64,000 bases of DNA from Promethearchaeia archaeon (GTDB taxonomy: Archaea > Asgardarchaeota > Lokiarchaeia > Sigyniarchaeales > SOKP01): assembly GCA_046483985.1 (NCBI GenBank), contig JAWOCD010000017.1, forward strand, positions 1 through 64,000. Reading direction: 5' to 3'. Made by a program: the position numbers and the translations under genes. The notes under the pieces were generated by a model. It searched no databases, had not been told where the DNA came from, and worked only from the letters and a program-made list of their open reading frames with translations. The first letter of the stretch is position 1; every line of letters begins with the position of its first letter. This document shows, one piece after another, positions 48,620 to 60,243 of the stretch.

Positions 48620-51019
48620 TCATATTTCATCTACTCGAGCTTTTGGCGGATTTTCTTCTCCTTCTGGCTCTGGGAGTTCTTCTTTCTTAAATTCATCTGG
48701 CTTAATCGTTCCTATTTGTTCTAATTCTTCTGTGAATTCATCAATCACCTTAGCAAATTTCTCTCCTTCGCCAGCTGATACACTCACAATTCTTACCCGT
48801 TTTGGATTAATATTGCTCTCCCCTAACATATCTCGGATGCTCGCATATCGGGTACTTGCTTTATTAAACCCCTCATCATAATGACAATCTTGCGGATGAC
48901 ATCCTGCGATTAATACCCCATCAGCCCCATGAAAAAATGCTTGAAATACTTCAGCAGGGTCTATCATTGCTGTACACATTACCCGAATCGGTCTGACATT
49001 GGTTGGATAATTTAATTTACTGGTACCCGCCAAATCAGCCCCTAAATAGGAACACCAGTTACAGAGAAATGCAACTATTAAAGGGGCTTCCTTCTTTTCT
49101 TTCAAGACTGTCTGTATTTGTGCTTCCAATTGCTCTTTTGTAAATCCTGGAATAAATAATGCATCATTGGGGCACATCGCAGCACATGCACCGCATCCCG
49201 AACAATTTGCTGGGGTTAATTCCAGTTCTTTATCTTCAAATGTAATGGCATTATAAATACAGATATTTTCACATAATCGGCACATATCACACTTGTCAGG
49301 GTTATGATAAACGATATGAGGATCTAACTCCACCTCTTTTTTGGATAAGATTGCCATTGTTTTGGCTGCAGCGCTCTCTGCTTGAGCAATACTCGATGGG
49401 ATATCTTTAGGTCCTTGAATTACTCCCGCAAGGTAAATTCCATTTACAGAGGTTTCAGAGGGTTTTACTTTCAAATGGCGCTCCATAAGGAATCCGAAAG
49501 GATCTTGGGAAATATTTAAGATTTTTGCTAATTTCCTCGTTCCTTCGGCGGGTTCAATTCCAACTGCTAACACTACCATATCGGTATCATGTTCAAAAAT
49601 AGTACCTTCAATTACATCCTCGCCTCGGATAATTAGTTTATCCGATGTATCTCTTTTTAAAACTGCAGAGATATTGCTTTTAATAAAGCGTGCATTAAAA
49701 TCTTCACGGGCTCGATTATAAAATTGTTCACATTTTTTCCCAACAGCCCGAATGTCAATATAATAGAGATTAATATTAGTATCAGGGTGATCCTTTTTGA
49801 TTAGGGCGGCTTGTTTAATGGAAGCATTACAGCATACTTGGCTGCAATATTCATGGTCAATTTTCTTATTTCGGGATCCTACACAGAAGATAAACGAAAC
49901 ATCTTTCGGGATCTTGCCGTCCGATGGTCTCACTACTTCCCCGCCAGTTGGGCCATCATTATTTAAAAGGCGCTCCATCTGCATTGTGGTAATGACATTT
50001 TCATATTTATTGTAATTCAATTCTCCCAGAATTGACGGATCGAATGTTTTAAATCCCGTTGCAACAATAATCGTTCCAACTTTGAATTTGATAATTTCGG
50101 GCTTTTGGTCAAAGATGATTGCATCCCTGTCACACGCATCTTCACACGCTCTACATCCCACACACTCCTCTTGAATGATGTTAGGATATAAGGGAATTGC
50201 TTGAGGATAAGGAACGTCGATTGCTTTACGGGGATTAAACGTATCTGCAATATCAATCGGACATACTTCCCGACAGATATCTACGCATCCTACACATTCG
50301 TCCTCATCGATATATCTCGGCTTCTTCTTGATGGTAATCTTAAAATCTCCGATATATCCATCCACATCTAATACTTCCGAATAGGTATATAACTCAATAT
50401 TGGGGTGCTCATTTACTTCGGACATTAGCGGCCCGAGAATACAAATAGAACAGTCCAAGGTTGGAAAGGTTTTGTCAAATAATGCCATATGTCCGCCGAT
50501 CGTGAGATCTCGCTCGACCAAATAAACTTTAAAACCAGCATCGGCTATGACGAGAGCGGCCTTAATTCCGGCAATTCCGCCGCCAATAATGAGGGTTGAG
50601 GGTGTTACAGAAGATTTCTGAAGCTCCAACGGCTCTAAAAGTTTTACCTGCTCGATTGCCATCTCGATCTGATCGATTGCTTTTTGCGTTGCTTTTTTCG
50701 GTCGTTTTGCATGAACCCATGAGTTTTGTTCCCGTATATTTGCAAAAGAAATGAGAAATCGGTTGATACCCGCCTTTTCAACAGTTTTTCGGAATAATTC
50801 CCCATGAAGCTTAAAGGAACACGATGCAATTACCACGCGGTCAATATCATGTTCTTCAATATCTTCGGAAATTGTGGCTAAACCCAACTCAGAACACAAG
50901 TATATCTCTCTAGCTACATAAATGTCTGATCGTTTTTTAAAATATGAAACTAATTTCTCATTATCGATAACACCGCTAATGTTTTTCCCACAATCACAGA
51001 TAAATAATCCTATTTTCAT
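48620..51019 (-). CDS. hdrA: Heterodisulfide reductase subunit A fused to an MvhD (2Fe-2S) domain
   Basis: CDCG, ANIREQ, GGGIAG, KTFPTLDCSIC, YCSQVCC, GPKDIP, ferredoxin motifs; C-terminal FLCNWCSY.GAD, RVMC, GCHPQDCHY. Confidence 0.93.
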   Translation of the reverse strand: MKIGLFICDCGKNISGVIDNEKLVSYFKKRSDIYVAREIYLCSELGLATISEDIEEHDIDRVVIASCSFKLHGELFRKTVEKAGINRFLISFANIREQNSWVHAKRPKKATQKAIDQIEMAIEQVKLLEPLELQKSSVTPSTLIIGGGIAGIKAALVIADAGFKVYLVERDLTIGGHMALFDKTFPTLDCSICILGPLMSEVNEHPNIELYTYSEVLDVDGYIGDFKITIKKKPRYIDEDECVGCVDICREVCPIDIADTFNPRKAIDVPYPQAIPLYPNIIQEECVGCRACEDACDRDAIIFDQKPEIIKFKVGTIIVATGFKTFDPSILGELNYNKYENVITTMQMERLLNNDGPTGGEVVRPSDGKIPKDVSFIFCVGSRNKKIDHEYCSQVCCNASIKQAALIKKDHPDTNINLYYIDIRAVGKKCEQFYNRAREDFNARFIKSNISAVLKRDTSDKLIIRGEDVIEGTIFEHDTDMVVLAVGIEPAEGTRKLAKILNISQDPFGFLMERHLKVKPSETSVNGIYLAGVIQGPKDIPSSIAQAESAAAKTMAILSKKEVELDPHIVYHNPDKCDMCRLCENICIYNAITFEDKELELTPANCSGCGACAAMCPNDALFIPGFTKEQLEAQIQTVLKEKKEAPLIVAFLCNWCSYLGADLAGTSKLNYPTNVRPIRVMCTAMIDPAEVFQAFFHGADGVLIAGCHPQDCHYDEGFNKASTRYASIRDMLGESNINPKRVRIVSVSAGEGEKFAKVIDEFTEELEQIGTIKPDEFKKEELPEPEGEENPPKARVDEI

Positions 51020-51211
51020 ACTAAACAGAGTTGATGTGAATTAGTTTTAAGTCCATTATTTTAACAAAATGAATATTAGTTCTAAAAAATGATTCTTGCT
51101 AAATATAATTAAACCATTAAAAAATGATTTTAGATTATAACAAAGAATTTAATCTACAAACTTCAAATTTTGAACATCTCCCCGGCGAATTTTCTTTGAT
51201 CGGAATTAGTA

Positions 51212-51817
51212 TTACACGTGGTGAATTTCCTTGGAAAGAAACGGATATACCTTAAAAATATCAAATTCTGCCTCTTTTAGTTCTAAAAAATATCTCTCTT
51301 CTATTTGCTCCTCTCGTTGAATCCAATTCAATATTTCTTGATATGAGCGAAACTTTCCCTTATTTTTGCGCGATAATTTTAAGCCGGGACATTTGCGGGC
51401 GTATGTGAGAAAATTCTTCCGCTTAGTCATTAACATTTTCCACCCAATAGGAAAGGAACGGCATTGAAAGGGGCGAGCATCATAGACGCTGCATTCATCT
51501 CCCTTGAGAAATTGACATACCTCGTCCTCTCCCGTGAGTTTAAATGCTAACACCGTTATGTAATGGGTTTTTCCTCGTGATTTATTGGGCGGTCTCCAAT
51601 AATACGATTTGGTGACTGTTGCGACATACTTTCGAGCAAATTCCTTTAAACCTTTTGAACCTGTAAAGCCCAAATGCGCAGCTAGTTTCTGCACATCTTC
51701 ACGATATAAATAGATTTCTCCTTCGTTTAAGCCCCGACAACATTTACCGCACATCTGGCAGGTGAATCTTATACCCTTCTGATATTTCTTTGAAATTCTT
51801 CGGTTTTTGGTTGGCAT
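51212..51817 (-). CDS. YkgJ family CxxCxxCC cysteine-cluster protein
   Basis: CQMCGKCC, CQFL, CSVY..RP.QCRSFP, CPG. Confidence 0.88.
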   Translation of the reverse strand: MPTKNRRISKKYQKGIRFTCQMCGKCCRGLNEGEIYLYREDVQKLAAHLGFTGSKGLKEFARKYVATVTKSYYWRPPNKSRGKTHYITVLAFKLTGEDEVCQFLKGDECSVYDARPFQCRSFPIGWKMLMTKRKNFLTYARKCPGLKLSRKNKGKFRSYQEILNWIQREEQIEERYFLELKEAEFDIFKVYPFLSKEIHHV

Positions 51818-51917
51818 GATAAATTACAATGAGTTAGATTAATCTGAACATGTTTTAAAATAAAATGACGAGGCTTCTGAATTTCTGGGGGGATAATTCC
51901 CTATGCTCATTCCCATT

Positions 51918-52187
51918 TTATTGCTCCTCAAACTTTTCTCTGAGAGGTTTGATGACGAGTAAAAATCCGAGCCAGATAAAAAAGATGAGAATTAACATTA
52001 TAATAAGCCAGACGCTCATAAGCAGCCAAAATTGAGAATCAAGGATATTTACTCCAAAGACTTTAAAATGAACAATTTCTGGAGTAAAATAATTACCAAA
52101 TAACATAATAGTACAAAAAATTGCAAAAATTAAAGCACCTATAAAAAATCTTAAACCATAATATGGTTCTTTTGGCTTTTCCGTCAT
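51918..52187 (-). CDS. Small 2-TM membrane protein
   Basis: Two hydrophobic helices. Confidence 0.65.
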   Translation of the reverse strand: MTEKPKEPYYGLRFFIGALIFAIFCTIMLFGNYFTPEIVHFKVFGVNILDSQFWLLMSVWLIIMLILIFFIWLGFLLVIKPLREKFEEQ

Positions 52188-52487
52188 TTTTTTATCAGTA
52201 CTGATGGATAAGATAAATTATTTTAAATTATAATATAATTTATTTTAGATTTAAAAAAATCTTTGCTAACGGGAAACACGGGTTTAAATATTAACATCTA
52301 AACAATTAGCATTACTCTAACCCATTTTAATTAATTAATTAATTCAAGATAATATGAAAGATTATGGACTTATCATCCACTATTAGAAGATTTTAAGAGA
52401 ACTATTCGTGGCTTTTATTTAACAACATTTATCCGCTAGGATTTCTTTTTTGAATTATAGAAATTAAATATTGTTGCTGCGTGTTAC

Positions 52488-53291
52488 ATGAAGGATGAAA
52501 TAGTTATATTGGGATCGGGGGGCGGACGACACCACATCAGGACACAATATCGTGCCACAGGGGGATTTCTCTATAAATTTAATGGGATTCAAGCACATAT
52601 TGATCCTGGTCCTGGTGCAATTGTTCGTATCAATCAATTTAAGGAAGACCCCACAGAAACCAAATTGTTTATCGTTACCCATGTACATTTGGACCATTTT
52701 AACGATATTGGTGCCATTATTGAGTCCTCTCGGGAACAACTACATGACAAGAACCACCATTATTATAAGATCGGAACTCTCATCACGGCTCCTGATGTAC
52801 TGCCTTTAATCTCAGAGTATCATAAAAACATGATAGATAACATCGTACCTTTCAAACCAAGACAAAAATATCTTCATAATGGAATACAAATAGTGGGGAC
52901 TAAAATAAAACATGCCGATGTGCAAGGATTCGGCGTCATATTCAATTTAGCCGAGTATTCTCTTGGTTATACCAGTGATAGTACTGTATTTAGAGGATTT
53001 GCAGAGCAGTTTAACGGCGTTGATATTCTTATCTTGAATTTGTTACGGCCAGACTCCGTTACTTGCCCCCGACATCTCTGTACTGACCAAGTCATTCCGT
53101 ATTTAAATCGAATCCACCCCTCCCTCAAGGGATTAATCATAACTCATTTTGGCACCTATATGGATGGACCATTCAGTAAAAAAAATAATGTGCCCACTCA
53201 AGTTAGAAAATTAAAAGAAAAAACGGAGATACCTCATATTATTGCAGCTTATGACGGACTAAAAATTTCCCTTCAAGACCTCCTCGACTAG
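52488..53291 (+). CDS. MBL-fold hydrolase (archaeal RNase Z/PhnP-like)
   Basis: LGSGGGR, IDPGPG, THVHLDH, YTSD, HL, THFG. Confidence 0.88.
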   Translation: MKDEIVILGSGGGRHHIRTQYRATGGFLYKFNGIQAHIDPGPGAIVRINQFKEDPTETKLFIVTHVHLDHFNDIGAIIESSREQLHDKNHHYYKIGTLITAPDVLPLISEYHKNMIDNIVPFKPRQKYLHNGIQIVGTKIKHADVQGFGVIFNLAEYSLGYTSDSTVFRGFAEQFNGVDILILNLLRPDSVTCPRHLCTDQVIPYLNRIHPSLKGLIITHFGTYMDGPFSKKNNVPTQVRKLKEKTEIPHIIAAYDGLKISLQDLLD

Positions 53292-53454
53292 TTAATTTTC
53301 TCACAATTTGATAATCAAATCATAATTTACTGAGGAATTTATCAATCCATTTTAGAACAGAAAGAAATGGTGTGATCAGTAATTAAAAACTGTCACAGAA
53401 AAAGAATAGAGAATAAAAAAATAAAAAAATATTGGAATTAAAATATTCGCATAT

Positions 53455-54543
53455 TTAGGCGAGATCTATATCATCAGAGAGATAAACATCTTGGACGGCG
53501 TGAATTATTTTTATACCTTCTTCCATTGGTCGTTGGAATGCCTTTCGACCCATAATAAGGCCCCAACCACCAGCTCGCTTATTGATAATCGCAGATTTAA
53601 CGGCTGCTTGCATATCATTCTCTCCAGACGGCCCACCAGAATTAATCAAACCGACTCGTCCCATGTAGCAGTTGGCTACTTGGAAGCGGTTCCATTCCAG
53701 CAATTTCGCACCTTCAGATAACCCTTCCGTCGGTGCCAATTCGTTGTAAATCAGTGGGCTGGTTCTACCGAAATCTAATTTCTGAAATCCTCGAGATTTC
53801 TTAGAAATCTTTTGCTTGATGATATCTGCTTCAATGGTTGCTCCAATATGGTCTGCTTGGGCACACATATCATTTGAATCGTGATAATCCACTCCATCCT
53901 CCACGAATTCAGCGGGATTTCTTAGATAAGCCCATAATACCGTAACTAAACCCAATTCATGTGCATATTCAAACGCTTCACTTATTTCCAAAATCTGACG
54001 GCGGGATTCAGGCGAGCCAAAATAGATGGTAGCTCCAACTGCGGCGGCCCCCATTTCGTATGCTTGATCAACGCTGGCAAATAAGGTCTGGTCGTAAAAA
54101 TTAGGTTTCGAGAGCAGCTCATTATGATTGATTTTCAAAATAAATGGAATTTTCCGGGAATATCTACGAGAGAGAGTTCCTAATACCCCAAGCGTTGACG
54201 CGACTCCGCTACAGCCACCCTTGATAGCTAATTCAATAATCTTCTCAGGGTCAAAATAAATCGGATTGGGCGCAAAGTCTGCTCCGGCTGCATGCTCTAT
54301 TCCGTGATCTACTGGTAAAATTGAGAGATATCCTGTATTTGCCAATCGACCCGATTGGAATAAGCGTTCCATATTATTTAGAACTCTATTATTCCTGTCA
54401 GATTGCTCTACTACCCGTTCTATAAAATCTGGTCCTGGAGGATATAAGTTATCTTTTGAAATTCCTTGACAAGTGTGATTTAGAAAGTCATCTGCTTCGT
54501 CTCCGAGGATCTCACGAATTTCATTGATTGATAATTGACTCAT
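53455..54543 (-). CDS. fbaB: Class I fructose-bisphosphate aldolase (FbaB/DhnA, bacterial-like)
   Basis: [24 protein letters not shown] Schiff-base Lys, GLINSGG, GRKAFQ. Confidence 0.93.
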   Translation of the reverse strand: MSQLSINEIREILGDEADDFLNHTCQGISKDNLYPPGPDFIERVVEQSDRNNRVLNNMERLFQSGRLANTGYLSILPVDHGIEHAAGADFAPNPIYFDPEKIIELAIKGGCSGVASTLGVLGTLSRRYSRKIPFILKINHNELLSKPNFYDQTLFASVDQAYEMGAAAVGATIYFGSPESRRQILEISEAFEYAHELGLVTVLWAYLRNPAEFVEDGVDYHDSNDMCAQADHIGATIEADIIKQKISKKSRGFQKLDFGRTSPLIYNELAPTEGLSEGAKLLEWNRFQVANCYMGRVGLINSGGPSGENDMQAAVKSAIINKRAGGWGLIMGRKAFQRPMEEGIKIIHAVQDVYLSDDIDLA

Positions 54544-54695
54544 TTTATTTCTTCCTCTTTTGTTGGTTTTACAATTATATGTAATAATTATCTATTGCTA
54601 TAATAAAATTATTACATAAGAAAGAATGTTTGAAATCATTAAAAATTTAATGCTTAAAAATCTTAAATGTAATGTCGAATAAACTAAGAATATTT

Positions 54696-55109
54696 TCAAG
54701 GCGTTTTCCTTTTTATTTCGGTGATCGTATCAAAATCCGCATCAAGGGAATAAATTATATGAACTTGATTTTCCAAGGCACATGCAACATGGATTAAATC
54801 ACGCGGTCTCAAATTATATTTCGATAGAAGTTTTTGCGCGCGATTTATAGTCGAATGTGAAATTTTTTTAAAGGAGAGATTCGGAAAAACCAAAAATTCT
54901 TTTCCCTTTTGTTCCGCGGCGGCTTTTCCCAATGTCTTCTTAAGTATCCATATAACTTCGTCCCATGTGAGAGTCGATGTAATTGCTTTAATCTTCTTTT
55001 GTATAATATCTTCTAAAAATATTGCGCATTTTTTTGCCGCTTCGATCTCCTCAAGAGAGTATAAGAGGGGATTCAAGAAAATATTGGAATCAATGTAGAC
55101 GGTATCCAT
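54696..55109 (-). CDS. vapC: VapC PIN-domain toxin
   Basis: YIDSNIF, TWDE, PRDLIH, SLDADFD. Confidence 0.92.
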   Translation of the reverse strand: MDTVYIDSNIFLNPLLYSLEEIEAAKKCAIFLEDIIQKKIKAITSTLTWDEVIWILKKTLGKAAAEQKGKEFLVFPNLSFKKISHSTINRAQKLLSKYNLRPRDLIHVACALENQVHIIYSLDADFDTITEIKRKTP

Positions 55110-55112
55110 GAG

Positions 55113-55352
55113 TTATCCTCGTTTATATTGTTTATCAAGGATTTGTTTGAAACTAACGGGCTTCTTTAGTTTTTTTGGGGTCTTAAGAAATTCATCTAAA
55201 AATTCCTTATCTTTTTTCGCAGGTCGAAGGATAATCTCATCTTGACGGACCTCAAAAATAATTTCACTTCCCGCATTAATCTTAAAATAATCCCTAATGT
55301 CCTTCGGAATCACGATTTGACCCCTTGATCCGACTTTTCGTTTAATTATCAT
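55113..55352 (-). CDS. AbrB/MazE-type antitoxin
   Basis: KVGSRGQIVIPKDIR..F.I..G; directly upstream of vapC. Confidence 0.9.
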   Translation of the reverse strand: MIIKRKVGSRGQIVIPKDIRDYFKINAGSEIIFEVRQDEIILRPAKKDKEFLDEFLKTPKKLKKPVSFKQILDKQYKRG

Positions 55353-55642
55353 GTTTAAATAGAATAAGAATTCCTATTTATATTTATTCCAAATAAAAGA
55401 TCTGAATTTTTCATAATCAGTATTTCGCGTCACTGGGATCTTCTATCTTTAAGTCATATAAGACTCACATTTAACAAGAAATTTGCAATTTCAATAAGAT
55501 ATAAAGATAAATTTTTTATGTGATCATACAACGAACAGCCCACTTTATCTTATCGTTTTTTATAGTCTTAGGTTTTATTAATAATTAAGTAAACATGAAG
55601 GGATTTAGAAAAAGTACCGCAAAACATTGGATTTCGCCCTCT

Positions 55643-55665
55643 GCTTCACGCCTTTGGTGTGGAGC
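55643..55665. mobile_element. IS200/IS605-like subterminal hairpin
   Basis: GCTTCACGCC-TTT-GGTGTGGAGC, a 10-bp stem resembling IS605-family end hairpins. Confidence 0.4.
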
Positions 55666-55872
55666 TTACTCTCCCTTTTTATATATTTAAGCGGGTTTTT
55701 CTTTATCCCTTTGTACTCTTTCTCTTTCTAAATGACCCTTGAATTTATAATGACACAGTAAATCTTTGCTCTCAAGATAAAGGTTTCTATTTCCTAAATC
55801 CTAGGAATAAAGCTGGTTCTCCAAATATAAAATGAAATAAATACAGAAAAAAATAAAAAAAAATCTAAGGAT

Positions 55873-56715
55873 CTATTTTTTCCACCAGAATTTACATGTG
55901 GGGCAGTAGTGGTGTGTTCCGTCATAGAGAATGCCACCAGAAGCGCATTTAGGGCATTTTTTTTCCACTTTCTGTATCTTCGATTCTAACTTGCTTTTTA
56001 ATCCAACTAATTTTTCTTTCCTTGCCTCAAGCTCTTTTTTTTCGCTTCTGTCAAAGAATCCGAGCGAATCGATTTCTTCCTCGAGTGATTCAATTTCCTT
56101 TTCGATATTTTCAACTTTTTCAATGGCACTTTCTTTTTTAGGCTTGCTCGCTTTGATGGGCTTTTCCTCTTCTTTTGCTTTCGGAGGTTCCTCCTTTTGT
56201 TCAGGTTTTTTCTTTTGGGGTTCTGGTTCGGTAACCTCTTTTGTTTTACCTTCCTTTGTGACTTTCTTTTCTAATTTCTTCTCCTCCTTCTCTTCTTCGG
56301 GAGGAGCGGCTTCGGGTGCCTCTGCTTTCTTTTCTACCTTGAGTTTCTTTTCACGCTGGTGTGTTTCCTTTTCCCTCTCCTTTGAGACTTTATATGCATC
56401 TTTACCCATCTCAGTGAGCCCGAATGAAGTATATTGGGTAAGCGTTTCTAACCGTTCTTCCGATATATCGTTTTTGCTGAGATTTTCTTCAAATTCTTTA
56501 ATTTCCTTCTTTGATGACTTATAGGGACTGAATTTATCAACCAAACCCATATCTATGAGCATATTAATTAATTTCCGTGGGTATACGCCTCTATCGACCT
56601 CCTCCACATAGAACCGCTTACTTTCATGGAAGTCGTCGATTATCTTTCGTCCGCTTTCTAGAAAACCCAATACATCAAATTGGTTTTCATCATCATTTTC
56701 GTCTAAATAGGGCAT
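55873..56715 (-). CDS. Hypothetical protein: wHTH-like N-terminus, K/E/P-rich linker, coiled coil, C-terminal zinc ribbon
   Basis: LIDMGLV...FGLTEMG; CPKC..YCPTC. Confidence 0.7.
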   Translation of the reverse strand: MPYLDENDDENQFDVLGFLESGRKIIDDFHESKRFYVEEVDRGVYPRKLINMLIDMGLVDKFSPYKSSKKEIKEFEENLSKNDISEERLETLTQYTSFGLTEMGKDAYKVSKEREKETHQREKKLKVEKKAEAPEAAPPEEEKEEKKLEKKVTKEGKTKEVTEPEPQKKKPEQKEEPPKAKEEEKPIKASKPKKESAIEKVENIEKEIESLEEEIDSLGFFDRSEKKELEARKEKLVGLKSKLESKIQKVEKKCPKCASGGILYDGTHHYCPTCKFWWKK

Positions 56716-56891
56716 ACTATATTATTTAAATAGCTTTTTAAATTAAAAAGTTTTCTTTCGCAGATCGTTAAAAGACGAGAAAACAAGGAAAATAAAGAGA
56801 GAAAGCCAACATTCCCGACGAAAAGACTAAATCCTACTAATTTAGGGAAAAATATCATTAGATGGTCATTCCCTTATTAATTTCAGAAATT

Positions 56892-58295
56892 CTAGACTTT
56901 TTCCAGTATACCCTTTGCCGCAATGATACCCGTCACTGCAGCACCCACGATTCCCCGGGAAAGTCCCGCCCCATCCCCCGCAAAAAAGATATCTTCGATC
57001 TGCTTTGCCTCGAGAAATTCGTTAGTCTCTACACGTTTTGCACTACGTTTAAATTCTGGGGCATAAATAAGAGTACTATCATTATTTACCCCAGGGATGA
57101 CCTTATCAAGTACCGCTAATCCTTCTAAAATATCGCATACAAATCTGTATGGATATGCCATAGCAATATCTCCTGGAGTGTTTTCCTTCAAAGTGGGTTG
57201 AACGGGATTTCGGTCAATTAATGATGTCCGCGACCTATGACCGCTCCGTAAATCACCAAGAGTCTGCAGGAGGGGTTTATATCCTCCCAATATGGATGTT
57301 TGCTTAGAAATCGAACGCCCATACTCGGTGGTATCCTCTAAGGGACTTGTAAGTTTTTGGCGGATTAAGAATGCAAAATTAGAATTGTCCGAATTTCCTT
57401 CCACGGTTAGTTGATGCCCGTTTACCCCCACAATATTTTTATCATAATGTTCTCTGACCACAGAGCCTTTATGGTTCACGCAGAAAGTTCTAACAAAATC
57501 GTTGTAAGTGGGAGTGATTATATGGAATTTAGGGTCCCGCTGAATGTCTTCGCAGATATCTTCCATGATAATGGCGGGAACCTCTACTCGTACTCCGATA
57601 TCTAATGGCATATACTGAGTCTCAATTCCCACCCGTTCACATTCTTCTGCCAACCAGACCATCCCCCATCGACCGGGCGCAACTAAAAGGTAATCAAACG
57701 ATTTTTCCTTACCGCTTTCTAAAACTACTTTTTTCTGCTCATTAAAACTCATGACCATAGTATTGGGAATAATATTAATATTGTGGTGGGAAGTTAAATA
57801 ATCTCTGATATTAATTAACACTTTTGGGGTGTTCTTCGATCCTAATACGCGTTGCTTGATTGGGATAAATTTAATATCCGCGGCTGCGCATTTTTTCCTT
57901 AATGCTCTTAACTTTTCCTTATTCTGATATGGATCAAAGTATTGCTCAGGGGCGCCATTCTTGACAAAAAAATCATCAATACTTGCAATAAGCTCTTCGG
58001 CATTTAATCCAACCCGTTCACATAAGTCTTCAATATCTCCGCCGATTTTTTTGTTCAAATTCAAGATTCCCGAAGAATAACAACCTGCTCCACCGACTCC
58101 GCTCATAATGCGGCAAGGGTCACATTTTTTGCATTCGATCTCTAATTCTTGATGGGGGCACATACGATTTTCAATATCGGGGCCCGCATCAAACATAGTA
58201 ATTTCAAGATCGTCATGGTTCGATTTTCCCAATTCGTTAGCTGCAAAAATTCCCGCACTGCCCGCACCGATGATACCGATTTTTATTTTACTCAT
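56892..58295 (-). CDS. FAD-dependent oxidoreductase (COG2509-like)
   Basis: GAGSAG, Cys-rich insert, GVGGAG, GVRVE, VRTFC, VNGH, YAPE, AGDGAG. Confidence 0.88.
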   Translation of the reverse strand: MSKIKIGIIGAGSAGIFAANELGKSNHDDLEITMFDAGPDIENRMCPHQELEIECKKCDPCRIMSGVGGAGCYSSGILNLNKKIGGDIEDLCERVGLNAEELIASIDDFFVKNGAPEQYFDPYQNKEKLRALRKKCAAADIKFIPIKQRVLGSKNTPKVLINIRDYLTSHHNINIIPNTMVMSFNEQKKVVLESGKEKSFDYLLVAPGRWGMVWLAEECERVGIETQYMPLDIGVRVEVPAIIMEDICEDIQRDPKFHIITPTYNDFVRTFCVNHKGSVVREHYDKNIVGVNGHQLTVEGNSDNSNFAFLIRQKLTSPLEDTTEYGRSISKQTSILGGYKPLLQTLGDLRSGHRSRTSLIDRNPVQPTLKENTPGDIAMAYPYRFVCDILEGLAVLDKVIPGVNNDSTLIYAPEFKRSAKRVETNEFLEAKQIEDIFFAGDGAGLSRGIVGAAVTGIIAAKGILEKV

Positions 58296-58482
58296 TTCAA
58301 TTCTAATTAATTTGCATAGTAAAATATATTTTTGGCTTAAAAAAATAAGATTCCCTATCTTGGTTTAAAATGAATAAGAATTGGAAAACAACCAAAAAGC
58401 AGCCCTTAATCATTCTTCTAAACAGAAAAACTTTCTCTAAAAAGAGCAAAAACGTAAATTTAACGATTTCAATATTTCCCTT

Positions 58483-59445
58483 CTATTGAACTGAAATATA
58501 CGTTTCATCCATTATATTCTCGCTGGTATCGACTTTCTCCACCAAACCTTGTGCTATAAATTCTTGAAGATGATGATAGATCATCCCACCATCCCATAAT
58601 AAATAGAGATCTTTAATCAGTGGATTAACGCGGTTTTCAGAGCGAAGTACCCACCTATAGGTCAGATCTCTAATCGATTTGGGCTCGCTTGGAGAGAGGG
58701 CAGCAAGTATTTTTTCTCCATTTTTGTTGATTTTGGTCCGTATCCTATCAAAAAAATCTTGTTCTTTTTCCAGATAAACCTTCCCGTGGGCAGGATTGAG
58801 AATATACGTATCAGCATGATAAATTTGTTCCAATTTATCAATAGAGTTACGATATTCTGGCAGATTGCTATTAAAGTCTCCATAATAGGGATGACTTCCG
58901 ATATCGCTAACATAAAAGACATTCGCGTCCGAGGAATTCTTTGCTTTAATGGCAAATGCCGTGTGTCCCGGGGAATGACCTGGAATGTGAAGTGCCTCAA
59001 TAGTATAATTGGATAACTCGACTATGTGCTGTGAAGGATTAAATGTGCTCACCTTTTTACACGGTTTAAATTTCATATAATCCTCAGCTAGGGATTTATA
59101 AGACTCAGTCAGCCCTAATTCGCTAAAACCCACTCTGTCCATTATATTTTTTAGGGAGGTGAGGTAACCTTTTTCTTGCTCAGGACAGAGAATCGTCCCG
59201 TCATAGTTTTCTTGTATGTAATATGCATGGGCAGTATGGTCCAGATGACAATGAGAAAAATAGCATACAGGATTAGGCAGGGCAGAATATAACTCATCGA
59301 TATTTGATAACGGGTAATTTCCATCAATTAGAAGATCAAGGTTTTTAGCATCATCTTGAATTAGTAAGCTGTTTAACTTATTCGTACGGTCAGACTTTTC
59401 TCGCACTAATGTAATTTCCTTAGAATATGACTTCCGCTCGAACAT
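58483..59445 (-). CDS. MBL-fold metallo-hydrolase with C-terminal wHTH
   Basis: SHCHLDH, PGHSPGH, SD, PAHG. Confidence 0.88.
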   Translation of the reverse strand: MFERKSYSKEITLVREKSDRTNKLNSLLIQDDAKNLDLLIDGNYPLSNIDELYSALPNPVCYFSHCHLDHTAHAYYIQENYDGTILCPEQEKGYLTSLKNIMDRVGFSELGLTESYKSLAEDYMKFKPCKKVSTFNPSQHIVELSNYTIEALHIPGHSPGHTAFAIKAKNSSDANVFYVSDIGSHPYYGDFNSNLPEYRNSIDKLEQIYHADTYILNPAHGKVYLEKEQDFFDRIRTKINKNGEKILAALSPSEPKSIRDLTYRWVLRSENRVNPLIKDLYLLWDGGMIYHHLQEFIAQGLVEKVDTSENIMDETYISVQ

Positions 59446-59657
59446 CGATTCTCTCTTCGTTTTTTTCCTTTTCCTTAAGATAGGTAGGTTTTTATAAGAT
59501 AGTATAGCGCAGTTTAAATTTTTTCATGTACTGAATGCAAGTTTAAAGAAGATCGTACAATAGAAACGAGGATTATTTGTTATCGTTAAAATATGCATAA
59601 TTTTTGAACATAGAAAGAGGTTGTACCATCAAGTTTTGTCCAATGGTGATGAGGCTA

Positions 59658-59849
59658 CTAATCTTTTTTCTTCCAGTTTCTACAAATAATGCATTGCCAT
59701 ATCTGGATGTACTTTTGACCAGAATCCGAGGAGGCAGATTTATCAACTATGGTTCTTTTGGCCATAGTTCCACCACACTTGGGGCAAAAAACCATATCTT
59801 CAGTTGTCTGTGAATTTTGAGTAGCCATTTTTTTTTCTCCTGAAACCAT
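59658..59849 (-). CDS. Small zinc-ribbon protein
   Basis: FCPKCGG ... WQCIICR. Confidence 0.7.
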   Translation of the reverse strand: MVSGEKKMATQNSQTTEDMVFCPKCGGTMAKRTIVDKSASSDSGQKYIQIWQCIICRNWKKKD

Positions 59850-60243
59850 TTTCCTATAAAAGTAAGGGTTTATCGCACCTATAAAAGACGATAATATCTA
59901 TATTAATACCTTAACAAATTTATAAAACCCTTTTATAAATATATATTTAATATATCATTTCTTTTATTTAAATGTTTGTTTAAGCAAAGGAAAATATTCC
60001 GACAAATCCAAATATTAAAAAGATTATTCACTTTGAGATAAGTTTGAAAGATCTGCTAATTTTGTCTAATATGATTTGAACCAAATATTACACTAACTCT
60101 TAAGTTGGGGAAACTTGGACTACTTATCAAATTCTCTAAATATTAATTATTTAACCATTATCTTCCTCTAGGAGGGGAGGCTTCAATCAAAAATTATTAA
60201 AATACATTAGGAATAATGTCTTATATTTATATGTGGTATTAAA

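Noticed and set aside
48620-51019. Selenoprotein HdrA/MvhD, as known in Lokiarchaeia
   Set aside because: The ORF has no in-frame TGA; the motif positions are Cys.
55931-56524. 197-aa Ser/Phe-rich plus-strand ORF and many other short overlapping ORFs
   Set aside because: These are antisense or alternative-frame shadows of well-supported genes; the K/E-rich sense strand produces S/F-rich antisense ORFs.
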